Source: Sphaeroforma arctica JP610 (lineage: Eukaryota). From it: a DNA stretch of 46,050 nt. The translations under genes and the position numbers were made by a program. The notes under the pieces are model-generated. The model made no database searches, had not been told where the DNA came from, and worked only from the letters and a program-made list of their open reading frames with translations. This document shows positions 28,601-40,329 of this stretch, in pieces; the first letter of the stretch is position 1, and every line of letters begins with the position of its first letter. The DNA lies in the NCBI RefSeq assembly GCF_001186125.1, contig NW_014040199.1, positions 1 through 46,050 of the forward strand, written 5' to 3'.

Positions 28601-31600
28601 TCAATTCCCTAATATACTTTTATGGTACGCTATGCGACAAAAGCTCTAATTAAATACATAAGACTACCTCTCTAGAATACAATCATCCAGAATACCGCAC
28701 AGCTGGTGAATATAAGAAAGTCACAAATAAAATGAATGTAGTCCATAACTTTGAAGCTGTAATCTAGAACCTGTAGCAAAATCAAACGTGAAAGGAGAAA
28801 TGCTTGACGAATGTTGGTGAACTTTCCAGCGGACAATAACAATAACGCACATTGCACTAAGTTTAGCAGACTACAAAGGTAGAAGGCGGCGGCACCACAC
28901 CGACGTATCAACCATGCTATGCGGAATCCTTTATTTCCTGTCCTTAATTTTTTGGGGTAGTTTAAAAAGTGTTTCAAGTACATGAAACGAAAAATAAATC
29001 CTTCTAACGGTACATACAGCTATACAAATGACAATATCTTCTACAATCACTTAAGATGCAATACTCAACAATGCGTACGAATATTTGCCAGCAAGTCTGT
29101 ATAACACACAAGAGGACTACACGCTACACTTGAATAGCATAAATATGTGTATGCACCAACACAGCAGTTCAAGTACGCCCCTACCTGACGGCTTGCCTAT
29201 ACGCTTTGATCTCCACGCATCGCTTCAATCTCGAAGGCAGCTCAAATAAAAATTGGAGTTTTTTTAACAGTAGATGTACGCCACTGAGTTGTGAGAGCGA
29301 TCGTCGGTTTGTGTCGAGTGTTGAGTGTATAGTTTCCCTGAGATCCATGATGGAGTCCATGTTCTCCTACAATACAATCATGAATGAGTTCAGGGTAGAT
29401 TAGCTTGTAAATTTATGCACAGCAAAGGCTCTCTCGTTGATTGAATGATTGCTGGAGCGATTGTTCACAATGTATATGTACATAGAGTACACTCAATTTT
29501 TGAAGATTAAGATTACTATCTGCCCTCTACGTAAGCCAACATGTCGGACAAGAATCACACAATACAGTTATACTTCATGTCTACGATTAATGGACGGCTG
29601 CCAATTGAACAATTATCCAAGATCTCAACATTTTAACTATCGACACAAGTGGCATATATGGTAGAAATATAATACAGTCCGCAGAAGTAGAGAGTGGGCG
29701 TGGTGGACAGCAGGTAAAACATAGCAAAAAATGTGCTCATCATCAGCGAATAGTAAATGGGGATCAGTAATCAAAACAGATGCTTCTCACAAGGTGTAGC
29801 AATTAATGGCTTAAACTACGGCCCAAGCCGATAATTACATATAGAAATATAGAATTCTAGAATTCTAGAGACATAGGTAGTCCCCGGCTCTATCACGTTG
29901 CAACCCAGTTTTGGTTAGTTTGGATAATAATAAAAACAAACGTGAGGCAGCAGTCTTATTCGTGACTACTAATCAAATTGGGAACTACAAATCTGACTGA
30001 GTTGACGCAACAGTAATCTGATATAGCAACTCATTCATTCTTGAGTGGCTGTAGTTCATCATCTACCACAACTGATGGGACAGGCAGGCGAGCAGATTTG
30101 CAATATTATTCTTCACCTTCTGTATCGGTCATGCTGCTCGTTTGATGTGTCATTCACACTTCCACGATTTTAGACACTCAGTTCATTGTAGTGCGTGTGT
30201 GTTTCATGCAATGAATCGATAACTTAGTCGTCCTCAAACCGAATATTAAAGAACTTCCTCAGATTAACAGCGGACGTATACACTTAAGAAGTATGTGTGT
30301 ACATGAATATCAGAGTGATGACTCACTCCCCTGTAGCCAAACTTATTATTGATGAGGTACAGTGTTTCACTACGATGGATAATGATGCCAATAGTGTAGA
30401 TGAAGGTAAACCAATGTACATGGATGGTGAATGCTGGGCAACTGTATAGTATTTCGATGCACAGATATCCCTGAGTTCTAAATTTGTGTTTGTCTAAGGC
30501 TCGTCAATCACCGCTGATAGGCGACATTATAGGCCAGCTGCGATTGTTGTCTCTGTGGCTACCGCAACACGCCGGAGGAGGGTCATGTACACCAATCTAT
30601 CGTTTGAGGTGTGTCGATTGCTGATCTTAATGCTCAACGAACAGAAATTATACAATTGTTGGAGCTGGGAGGCAATTCCCACACTATAGCCTGCTTCGGG
30701 TGATAGCAGAACACCCTTTAATTAAGAACAACTAAATAGGTTCTATTGGTGAAAAGCCTCAACTAGTGTTGTATAATATATAACAATCGCATCCGGTTAA
30801 ATCCTAGATACCGAGTTTTTTCAAGTTCCGGATTTTACAACTCAATTAGATGAGGAAGACTTAAAATATTCCACCGTTGTATGCTATATGTACGACTAGA
30901 TCGTATCATAAGCACAACAAAGCAATTTGAATTCGAGCTGAACAAAGTCGATGCACAACACAGCAAACTCAACAAGAGTGCGATTCATTTCAGATGGTTG
31001 GCATTTTGTACATTAGCTTGCCAATACAAAAGTTTGGGACCCACCTGCACATTGATCATTTCGGTCTCCATCAGTTCAAACTTGCCTTTCATCTGTCGAC
31101 GTGAAATATAATATAGATTTTAATAGATGTGTAGAAAGTCGACATTGTTTGGAATACAGCTGCAATGCTCATACCTTTAGTCTAAGAAATTTCAAATAAT
31201 TATACCGGTGCGAAAAACTATTTTAAACTTAAAAGGAGAAAAGCTGCATACCTTCAACCAAAATTCTGGCGATAGACAAATTGAGTATATAAGAAAAACA
31301 AGTACGACACTCTCATGATACTGTTTTACTTTGGTACCATTGGATGAACAAGATGAACAAAAAATAGGCTATGGCATTTTTTTAACTACACTTGGACATC
31401 CTTGTGCATCGAAAGTCGTGTATATCGGCCGCGGCTGCACTACTTGATCACGTATATGTTACTTTCTACTGAAAACGTAGCGATTCACGTGAGCGCAGCG
31501 GCTCAGTACTATGCTAATGCGTAACTATGTGTAGCAATCCATAGAATGCACACAATCCCCAAAACAAATTCTCTAATTGGTCCCATCTATGACTGGATAA

Positions 31601-32939
31601 TAAATGACTTCGAACGTGCATCGTACCTGTCTGATTGTATCCGTCGCGCTGATGAACTTGTTGTAATTTTCGTACACCAGTGTCTGTACATCACTGTCCA
31701 AAGATCGTATCTCTTCAGGAAGTATCGTTGCAATGGAAGATAAGAAAGTTTAAGTGCTTTAACGCTTAGCGAATTGGAGTTTATATTGAGAAATCGAATC
31801 ACTCAATAGAAGTATACGAGTGTAGACTCGCCTCTGGCCGTTTTGTAGCCATGTTTGATATACTAAAATAGAAAAGATTAGAGAGAACTAATTACCTCTT
31901 ATCGCTCCACGATTGTTTTCTACCGAGGGCACTCGTGCAACCTTTAAAAAAGTATTAAACCCAAACCCATTCCCTCTCATAAATATAAATGTGAAAAAAA
32001 TTATCAGACAGAAAATTGCATGAAGTGCAGGTGAAGTTAGTCAACATCAGTCCGAGTCCACATCATTAGACGCAACGTGACGCTAAAATACGTGGATACC
32101 ATGGTGAAATTATAACAGAACGCGTACATACCATTGACAAACATATTCTCCGTATCTGCTAGTTGGCTGACAGTGCTCTCGTATAGGATCTTCTTCAAGT
32201 ACATATCAGGATCGAAGTCGGGCCCGTCTGCAACGAAGTTATAGAAAGCGGTGAGCGCAAAAAAAAAGCACTTGGTCTGTACATGCCTCGCGCTGAGATA
32301 TGGCTAGGATTCCATGCAAAATCACACTCAAAACTCTTTGATCACTCTCGAAAAGCTTTGAAGGTCGGAATCTATGAATCACAGTCATATGTGCCATTTA
32401 TGTTCCATTTTGAAAGTGGTTCAGCATAGACTGATGAAAATGCTTCGAGCACCTCTGTAGAAAAAATTATCAAAGGCGTGTACTGCGGGTATTCCGAGTA
32501 TGCATTTACTAAGCGCAATCCCCTTGGGTTTCGAACCAGTGAAATTATAGATATATGAATGCTGTTTCTGACTACTGTATAATCCATTTAGGTTCGACCA
32601 CTATACATTTACACTGCACATATACGCAACAAAGGCCCTTGGGACTGCATATGTCAACCTAGACGAATATCTAGATAGATGAGTGTGTACTCAGGGTAGA
32701 CTGTACGTACATATACACGTTTAAATCAGTTGTGTTCACGATTCTTAAGCACGCTCATACATCAATCCATCAATCTGAATGTTTACCTTTGCGTGAACCT
32801 AATTCCGTACCCGCGTGTGGACGCACAGTTTATACCAAACCCGATTAATAATGAAATATTTCAACGTTGATTGAAAATTAAATACTTGTGCAAAGTATAA
32901 TTTTATATTACACTATTTATATATACCTCAGATATGTGA

Positions 32940-33020
<81 letters not shown>

Positions 33021-35431
33021 GCATTATATGAAAAATATAGAAGTATATGAAAAATACACAATTACAAAGATATAGCAATATACGCTGTATGTATAACTAC
33101 ATATGCATTTAAATACATGCAAGAGTACCATAATTCATGACAGAGACTTCCGGTTTCGTACAATATACCTTCGAATTGAAGTACATAGTCACATTAAAGA
33201 ATATGCTCTTTAGTTTATAGAAAACAGACTTATATTCATCAAATTTAAACACAACTCAGTATAAATAGTTTGTAATTAAAACCTAAACTGACAATATACG
33301 AACTTTGACTCGCTATAACACGTATAGAAGATAAAATAGAAAGAAGTTGGATAAACTCTTTCACAAACAAAAACATGAGTTTAACTAAACAGGTACATAC
33401 NNNNNNNNNNNNNNNNNNNNATGTTTGTATATATAAATATATATTTATATATATATATATATATTATTTATTTTAGTACAAAGATACGATATCGAAAAGT
33501 TGTATGCATACATCAGATATTCAACAGCGAGTCTACTGTATAAACTTATGAGACTTACCCACGTCCAACGGATCGATACAAAGATACGATATCGAAAAGT
33601 TGTATGCATACATCAGATATTCAACAGCGAGTCTACTGTATAAACTTATGAGACTTACCCACGTCCAACGGATCGATACGCTCTTTCGCTTTACGAACGT
33701 CGGGACTTGGCGATGCATCTCCGTAGTATTGTGCTAAAAGGCCTCGCCGTTTCTTCCTTGTCACTTTAGTTTCAGCTCCTAGTAGATGATTGTCAGCAAA
33801 TGTATCATCTACTGAATTTTCAGGCAATTTGTCTTCTAAATATATTCTTGTTAATGCTTTGACAATGTTCAAGTGTAGTGGCACATCCAACAGATTCAAA
33901 CGATGAGGATGTGGAATAAAATTGTTTTGACACCATGATCATGTCTCAGGTCAGTCACCTGGGTGTTGAAGTATTAACTGTGATGTGGGAGCTGTTAGAC
34001 AAGATAAATACTGGATGCTGCTAGCGTGCAAAAAAAACTTAGAAGCGCAATTAAAGTCGCAATGATCGAATACTATGCTAGAGCTTTTGTCTTTAAACAA
34101 ATATCACCACTTGAATACATATAGACTGCACATCTTCAGATTCCTGAGACGTCTGATGTCTCTACATTCAAAATTTTCTCTACGTACTTATGAGTAAAGT
34201 ACACACTGCATTTCGACACTTTTAAGTTCTTAATACACCTGCAAATACGTTCAGGTTTGGATCTTTCTTTTCTTTAGCGTCCTATATTACACTAAAATGT
34301 TCCTTTTTTAGACATCTGATTACGATATATCTGCATCATATTGTTAGTGTAAGCTCTGATTGGGATAGTGAGAATGCTCCATACGTGACATAGTAGCACA
34401 TCCAGATGAACATATGTACCCGCGTGTAACTACCAAGTGCCGATCTATAAACGCCCATCACACTTGTAATGCAATATTGTAAGATTGAAATACGCGCATT
34501 ATCTGGCGAAGATCTAGTGCAACTGTAGAGTTGATATGACCAAAACCGTCTTTTTGTTCATGCTTGCTTATAACGTAACTACACCCGTGCTATTTGTAAA
34601 ATGTTCGGCTTTGCTATTTCGAGTGTAAATCTAACAATAAGTGACTATCATCCGCGCCATAATTCATACACGTAATTTTTTTGAATGATAGATAACATAA
34701 GCGACTACCACCAATCCAGGCGTTTTGACCCGCAAAATTAGTTCAATGGTTCAGATATGAACGCTTATATGATCATGTTGTCTTGACGCTGCATGCGTTC
34801 TTTCTTCGAACATAATAGTCGTTATATTTGTGTACAGTTCTTGTGTTGCGATTAAAACAAGTAGGGATACACGCATACGTATATGGAGCAGTGAATATTG
34901 ATCGTGCAATTCAGCTTAAAGTTCCAAAAAAAGAGCGTGCTCAAGCAAGTGCTGCCTTGAATTGAATTGAGCGACTTTGACGCACAGGGTGCGTAGAATT
35001 TTCTTCCAGGCATCGTATACAATCACAGCTTACTGAATGTAAAATTATAGTATTTACGGACGCCATTCACCACTAGTGATAGTTATAAGCACCTTATGCG
35101 AATATTGGCCAATGCGCTGAAGAGGCTGAAACCGTATTAGTAGCATAACTCTAACGAGATCGCATACTTGTCGGGTAAAAAAAAATCGCAACATACAACA
35201 CCAGATCAAAATGCATACATATCTACGATACTACTTCTGAATTTCAAGCCGCCACGCGATATAACTTGGTCACCTACCGTCGTCTCCACCATTTCGGACA
35301 CTCCTAGGGGAAGGAGACCTGCTGGAGTTGTAGTTCGAATTGTTTGCACTTGGTCCAATGATGATCGGACTGGGCTTAGCAGTACTAGACGAAGCTGCAT
35401 GGTTTTGACGCGTGCTTTGGTGGAAAGCCAT
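18432..35431 (-). CDS. VPS51: Vacuolar protein sorting 51 (GARP/EARP tethering complex subunit), multi-exon
   Basis: Exon 1 35431-35278 (phase 1) joins exon 2 33835-33659 ([12 protein letters not shown]...DPLDV). Then [13 protein letters not shown] (~32130-32228), [29 protein letters not shown] (~31627-31715), [15 protein letters not shown] (~29185-29367), [11 protein letters not shown] (~28430-28561), [14 protein letters not shown]...GILKIVLK (~19670-19756), [19 protein letters not shown] (~18716-18828), [12 protein letters not shown] (~18441-18519). The last exon and stop are uncertain and the middle exons are not fully mapped. Confidence 0.93.
21354..21501. repeat. 74-bp tandem duplication (2 copies, ~4 mismatches) in a VPS51 intron
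   Basis: aaacatacttttatgttagatatctgcaaatacg...gcaggtacgataccccgtg at 21354-21427, repeated at 21428-21501. Confidence 0.9.
22778..22860. repeat. Degenerate ~44-bp tandem duplication, intronic
   Basis: attgggtattttaacgctctttaatgtgtagtcttgaaaa versus attgggggttttaagctcttttgtgtgtagccttgaaaa. Confidence 0.75.
25483..25650. repeat. Compound (TA)n/(GT)n/(CA)n microsatellite
   Basis: Directly visible dinucleotide runs. Confidence 0.95.
32940..33019. repeat. (TA)n(GT)n microsatellite
   Basis: Directly visible dinucleotide runs. Confidence 0.95.
33477..33679. repeat. Perfect 100-bp tandem duplication covering the VPS51 exon 2 donor site
   Basis: 33477-33576 is identical to 33577-33676; it lies next to the N gap at 33401-33420. 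Confidence 0.9.
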
Positions 35432-35674
35432 GGTGCATCGTATCAGCGTTCAGTCAGCAGCAGATATAACTACTAACCAAAAAGATATATATATTTATCA
35501 TACCTGTGACAAGAAATAATATTATTTACATAAATACATATATACTCATCAACAATATATAATAATGTAAATAAATAAATATTCTAAAAAACGATACTCT
35601 TTTAATCCTAAAACCCAGACAACCCAAGAAATTGCAGTTCACGCAGTACAGGAAAAAGTAGAAACAAGAAGGCT

Positions 35675-36070
35675 ATGGAAATACCCTTGTGTAAAATGAT
35701 AGGGATCAAACGTCAAATTACTTACAAAACTCATTGCTGGTTGAAGTCTACATATCTATCGGAAAGTTCGTCGATTAACTACGCAGCCGATTACTCGAAG
35801 ACAATAAAAGATGATGCGAAACGCGACATCGATAGTATTGTGAGTATATTTGAATCTTATTGTTCTATAGCTGATCCAGTCTATCATCCAAGTGACAGCG
35901 AAACAGCGGAAATAACAGAAGAGTGGATAGACATATCTGCAATTTTGCAGATTAGTATTATAGACGGGATAATGACTACGGAGGAAGCCATTAATATCGA
36001 GAATACGGGTATTTTCAGTGCGGGTTGTGCTTTGTTGACTTCACGAGAAAATAATCTTCCTAAAGAATAA
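35675..36070 (+). other. Orphan intronless ORF (131 aa), unassigned; possibly a decayed mobile or viral remnant
   Basis: Protein-like acidic composition, no recognised motif; stop-interrupted coding-like sequence continues downstream. Confidence 0.25.
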
Positions 36071-37357
36071 TGCTGAACCATCGAATATATTTACTCCTCT
36101 GCAGCTGGAGATCAATACTCAACGCAAACAATACGCCAGATGAGTACACACAAATCAAACGCTATTAAGAGCTCAACATTATAAAGATATATGAAGCTAC
36201 AATATCTCCATAGATGTCCTATGGAGCCAACTCAGTACTGGGCTGGGTTGGTCCTGACTCACACAAAGGTGTCTACCTCTTTCGTTAAAAAAAAAGAGGT
36301 TTGACTGTACCGCCTCTTGACTGATGACTCGTTCATTTTAGAATTGACATTATCTGGGTACTTCAATATTGCGTGAAGTGGCTCTTTTAGGTATAATACC
36401 CTGTGACTAGATTTCCGGTACTCCGATAGACCAACAAGAAAGTGACCAATTAAAAAATCTTCTACCCGTAAGATCGGCATTCGTTGTTTTATAGTAGTTT
36501 TATTTTGAACCAACTAAATATATAATAGACTAAGGCTGACGATCGGGTGAGGCTCTGTGATATATCTTCGACATGCAAATCACTTGTTTCGAGGTCAGAC
36601 GCTCAATCCATAATGAAGCAGACATGTACTGTTCCGAAGCACGTCATCACGGACACGTACATTCCGTTTGTATCCTTGCTGTGTGTGCGACTAAGAGGCA
36701 CGAGGCGCGACATTAGTCTTATATCGGATGCCGGATAATTACCCGTTCGCTTGATTGTTTCAGAATGATACCCTACATAAGGCAAAGGGATGAAAGAGAA
36801 GGTGGGACGGCTATGGGTGTACAAAGGGAATAGGATGAATACTATGACCAGAATATACTTCTCATATACCCAAAAAAAAAACCCCCCCCCTCGGGTTTTC
36901 CGTATAGAAGTACTACATCCGGGGAGTGGGGTGTTTCACCCTCTTCCCGGAAGTACATAGTGCCCGATTGTTGAAAAAATAGAGTACTCCTGAAAAACAT
37001 TCTTTGGTTCCACAAATAACGTAGTTCCAAATTTCAGGATTAACATATAAGGCTTCTGTGTGTCAACTGGCATTGCCGTAGCACCGATGACAGACCCCCA
37101 TTGAAGAGATAATCGGCAGTATTGGGAGGCCGAAATGAACTGTAGGATTTTAACGATGGTTGATGTACGTGATGTCGGCCACCGTTGATTCTGGTATATT
37201 ATGGCTGCAGCATGACTGAGCTAATTTACGACGAAATCCAGAGCACAGAATGGCCGGAAGGAGTTATCGTCCAAACCTGCGCGTGTGAATTAAGTTCGCA
37301 TTAATTCATTTTATTTAACTCAAATGTGTTTTTTTATTTATACCTCAACGATTGTAG

Positions 37358-39530
37358 CTTGATACATGAGAGGAAATACATTCTTCAATTATCAATGAGA
37401 AGACCAGTACACAAGAGAAAAGTGAGGAAGAAATGATTTTAGGCGATCTCCATTATTTATACATACCACATGAAATCGAAATCGACAACCTAAAAGGGGG
37501 AAATTGTAAATTACGCAAAAGTAAAGCTGACACTTTGGAAGAGGAACTAGTACAGGTGTATTATTACCGACAGTTTGTTTATGGGTGACTCAAATAGCTT
37601 CTGATTTCATTTGATACAACTACAGCTTGTATATTGCATAAACGCATTTAGAAAGATCAGCAAACGAACAATCAGTACATCAGGTCGAAGTGTTAAAGCT
37701 ATAGGAGACATTAGACTCGCGTCCAACCCAGGAGGATATCGAATTGTTGCAGGCCGAGCGAGATTTAGAATTGGAGATTACAACAATGCAGGAAGACAAT
37801 CGAAAGACTGAGTTAGAGCACAGGGACGAGGTAGAGTTTATGTCTGACTTTTATAAATTATGATGTGCGTCTGTATTATAATCCTGCATATATGTATATA
37901 TGTCAATTTATCTCTAGCTCATGTATCTTTGTATGTAGTCAACAATTGTCACTAGTTGCGGACTGAGCGTGAGAACTTGGCAGTCGCTGCGCCTGCAAAA
38001 GCAGTCTTCCACGATACTATTCAAAGCTTTCGGATAAACTAGAGACTCCACCTAGTCTAGAGGAGCATGAGGCAGTCCAGGGATGACTGAGGGCCGAAAT
38101 CTGAACATTGATAGAGAGAGATAAAAAGATGCATATATTGTTGCGATGGAGCAAAGACATCTCGAAGAGGTAAGTGTGTATGTAAGTGTGTATAATAGAA
38201 ATAAAAATTTCTCTGTAAGTGTATAGATATACCTGTGGCTTGTACATTTTGCATTGTATATACTTAACTGATCAGTCGGTTATACATATATTTTAACCTC
38301 ATCAACAAAACTTCAAAGGCATAAGTGGATCTAAAATACGTGAAATACGAGAAAGAAGTACTGCTTGATGTAAAACATATGCAAAAGAACTTCCCGTCAC
38401 TTCCAAGTCTAGTGGATATCAATCAAAGCAAGGAAAGTTCTCGTGCTCAAAAATGCGCACTGGAAACTACTATCAATACTCTGCGCGGATCTGAAGCGGG
38501 AACACAAGAAAGAGGTGTGTGCACATCGTTGTATATATATGTTTCTATATGCGCCTAAAGTTCGATCACGGGTACTCTGTCAGCAGATCCACGATTTATT
38601 CCATTAGACCCTCGGTTTTATCCCGATGTACAAATGTAGCCGTAGAAGTCTCCACGAAGCCACAACTTTAGAATTGATGTTGGAAGGGGCTGAATGAGCG
38701 AGTACTAGCGAGGCGCAGCGAAATCTAAACGACTATTTTCTGTGAGCGAGGTTTTTGTGTTATTTGACTACTATAGTTAATCTTTTGAACTTCAAATATT
38801 GAGTGGATAAAACAACAAATGTATATAGAGTATATGGGACACCAATAAGACTTTCTGAATAGAATTGAGATAGCTCTCCTTCATCGCTCAATCGGAAGCG
38901 CAATTGTATTACTAATATTCAGCTTTTATATGGCAAGATGTCATTTATGTGAGTTGAGAAGTAAACGTCTTTGCAAATTCTTGAAGAGGCTCGTCATCGA
39001 GAGCCTCTAAGGAGAAACCATCGGTGAAGAGCGACGCCTCCTATCTGCTAGGGTGGGTGAAGTGCAAAAGGAGAAAATATGCTGAGCTCAGCGGCCGATT
39101 TATCGATATTTATACCTTTGATACATGTCCTGTTCGAGAAACATGGTTAGTCTGACACCCTTTGGACGGCTAGTTTAAATATGTGCATCTCTGTACGGCC
39201 GGAAGCATCAATCAGGCACTCATACTTCCGAATTCTATCTTATCATTCCGCTGTTTATCAGAAATTATTTGAGGCAAACCGGAATTCTCAAAGCTTTAAT
39301 ATGACAAGATTTTATATTTATGAGTTGAGAAGTAGGCAAGCTATGTATACTTCACAGTGGATGAACATAATTCGAGACCGATTCGGGTGTTGAAGGCCTC
39401 AAAAGACGCTTACAAAGGCGCATCGAGAGTCTCTAAGGAGAAACCCCAAAACCACGAAACATGAACCTAAACAAAAGAACTTCATTTCAATTTAATTCGC
39501 GCAGCGTGCAAGTTACTGGACTCCACGAGG
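37358..39530 (+). pseudogene. Intron-retaining pseudogene fragment of a coiled-coil protein
   Basis: AG/GT-bounded E/K/Q-rich blocks (~37358-37555, 37626-37830, 37956-38169, ~38320-38514 and probably ~38923-39530), e.g. HQVEVLKL*ETLDSRPTQEDIELLQAERDLELEITTMQED. In-frame stops at 37367, 37702, 38084, 38102 plus frameshifts. Confidence 0.65.
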
Positions 39531-40117
39531 GTGAGTTGTAGCCCGCCCACCTCATAGCTCGTATAGTAGTGGTAATTGCTGAGAGGAGACGAGTACTAGG
39601 CCGAAATTTATTAGCCTCGAATATGTAGGTCGTGCGCTGAAATACTCGCGAGATGCATATGCATATCCACTACTTCTCTGCGTCATATAGAGCTGTAGTC
39701 GATCATCTCTGATGGGGAAGTCTTCAGTTATTCCGAATACAATGCGAGAGCTGGTTTTAGGAAACAGCTGTATTCTGGAAAATACCTCGACGTTAATAAA
39801 ATCGTACAAATATCCGTTAACTGGTAATGGAAATACATTTACTATTCCGTGTCTTAGTATGGCGCAAGTGATGGCCAGCATCAGGCCAATCGATAGGCCC
39901 TTGGCTATTTACATTGCAATATCAAGGGCTTATACAAGAATGTAAGCATAATCAGATGTTCATTGTGAATTTACTACTTCTCTTGAACACTTTCCACAGC
40001 GAAGTATTATTTTAAAAACCGAATCATGGTGCAATTATAGGGTAGAGTCCCCGAGTATCAAAAAGAGGCAAACATACTTATCGTATTGAAGCTAAAATAA
40101 AATAAAGCTGGCGTAGC

Positions 40118-40319
40118 TATTGGGACCTAGAAACTTCTGAACAGAATTGATTATCGTTTATTGTTTATTGAGAATATTGGTTCATATTTGTACTATCAAT
40201 AAATCGGGTGTAAATTGTGGTTCAGTTATTGACCACTTGGTTTTTGGGACCAAGGGCTAGGTCCCGGGGAAAACTAAGTTTGGTTTGTATGATGAGGGAA
40301 GAGTTGACTCGTCCCGAGA
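40118..40319 (-). repeat. 3' LTR (202 bp)
   Basis: About 90% identical by eye to 45046-45242; element-sense termini TCTCGGGA...TCCCAATA. Confidence 0.95.
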
Positions 40320-40326
40320 CCCCCCC
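40320..40326 (-). other. Polypurine tract (G7)
   Basis: GGGGGGG on the minus strand immediately before the 3' LTR. Confidence 0.8.
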
Positions 40327-40329
40327 AGA

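Noticed and set aside
21354..33679. Tandem repeats as a CRISPR-like array
   Set aside because: Only two adjacent copies each, no spacers, eukaryotic intronic context.
36842..37030. VVLLYGKPEGGG resembling a Walker A motif of a viral Rep or helicase
   Set aside because: No GK[ST]; the glycines come from a homopolymer run, and no Walker B follows.
37358..38170. In-frame TAG/TGA as evidence for an alternative genetic code
   Set aside because: Frameshifts accompany the stops, and the mapped exons of the three intact genes read through with the standard code; BT1 and LicD end in TAA.
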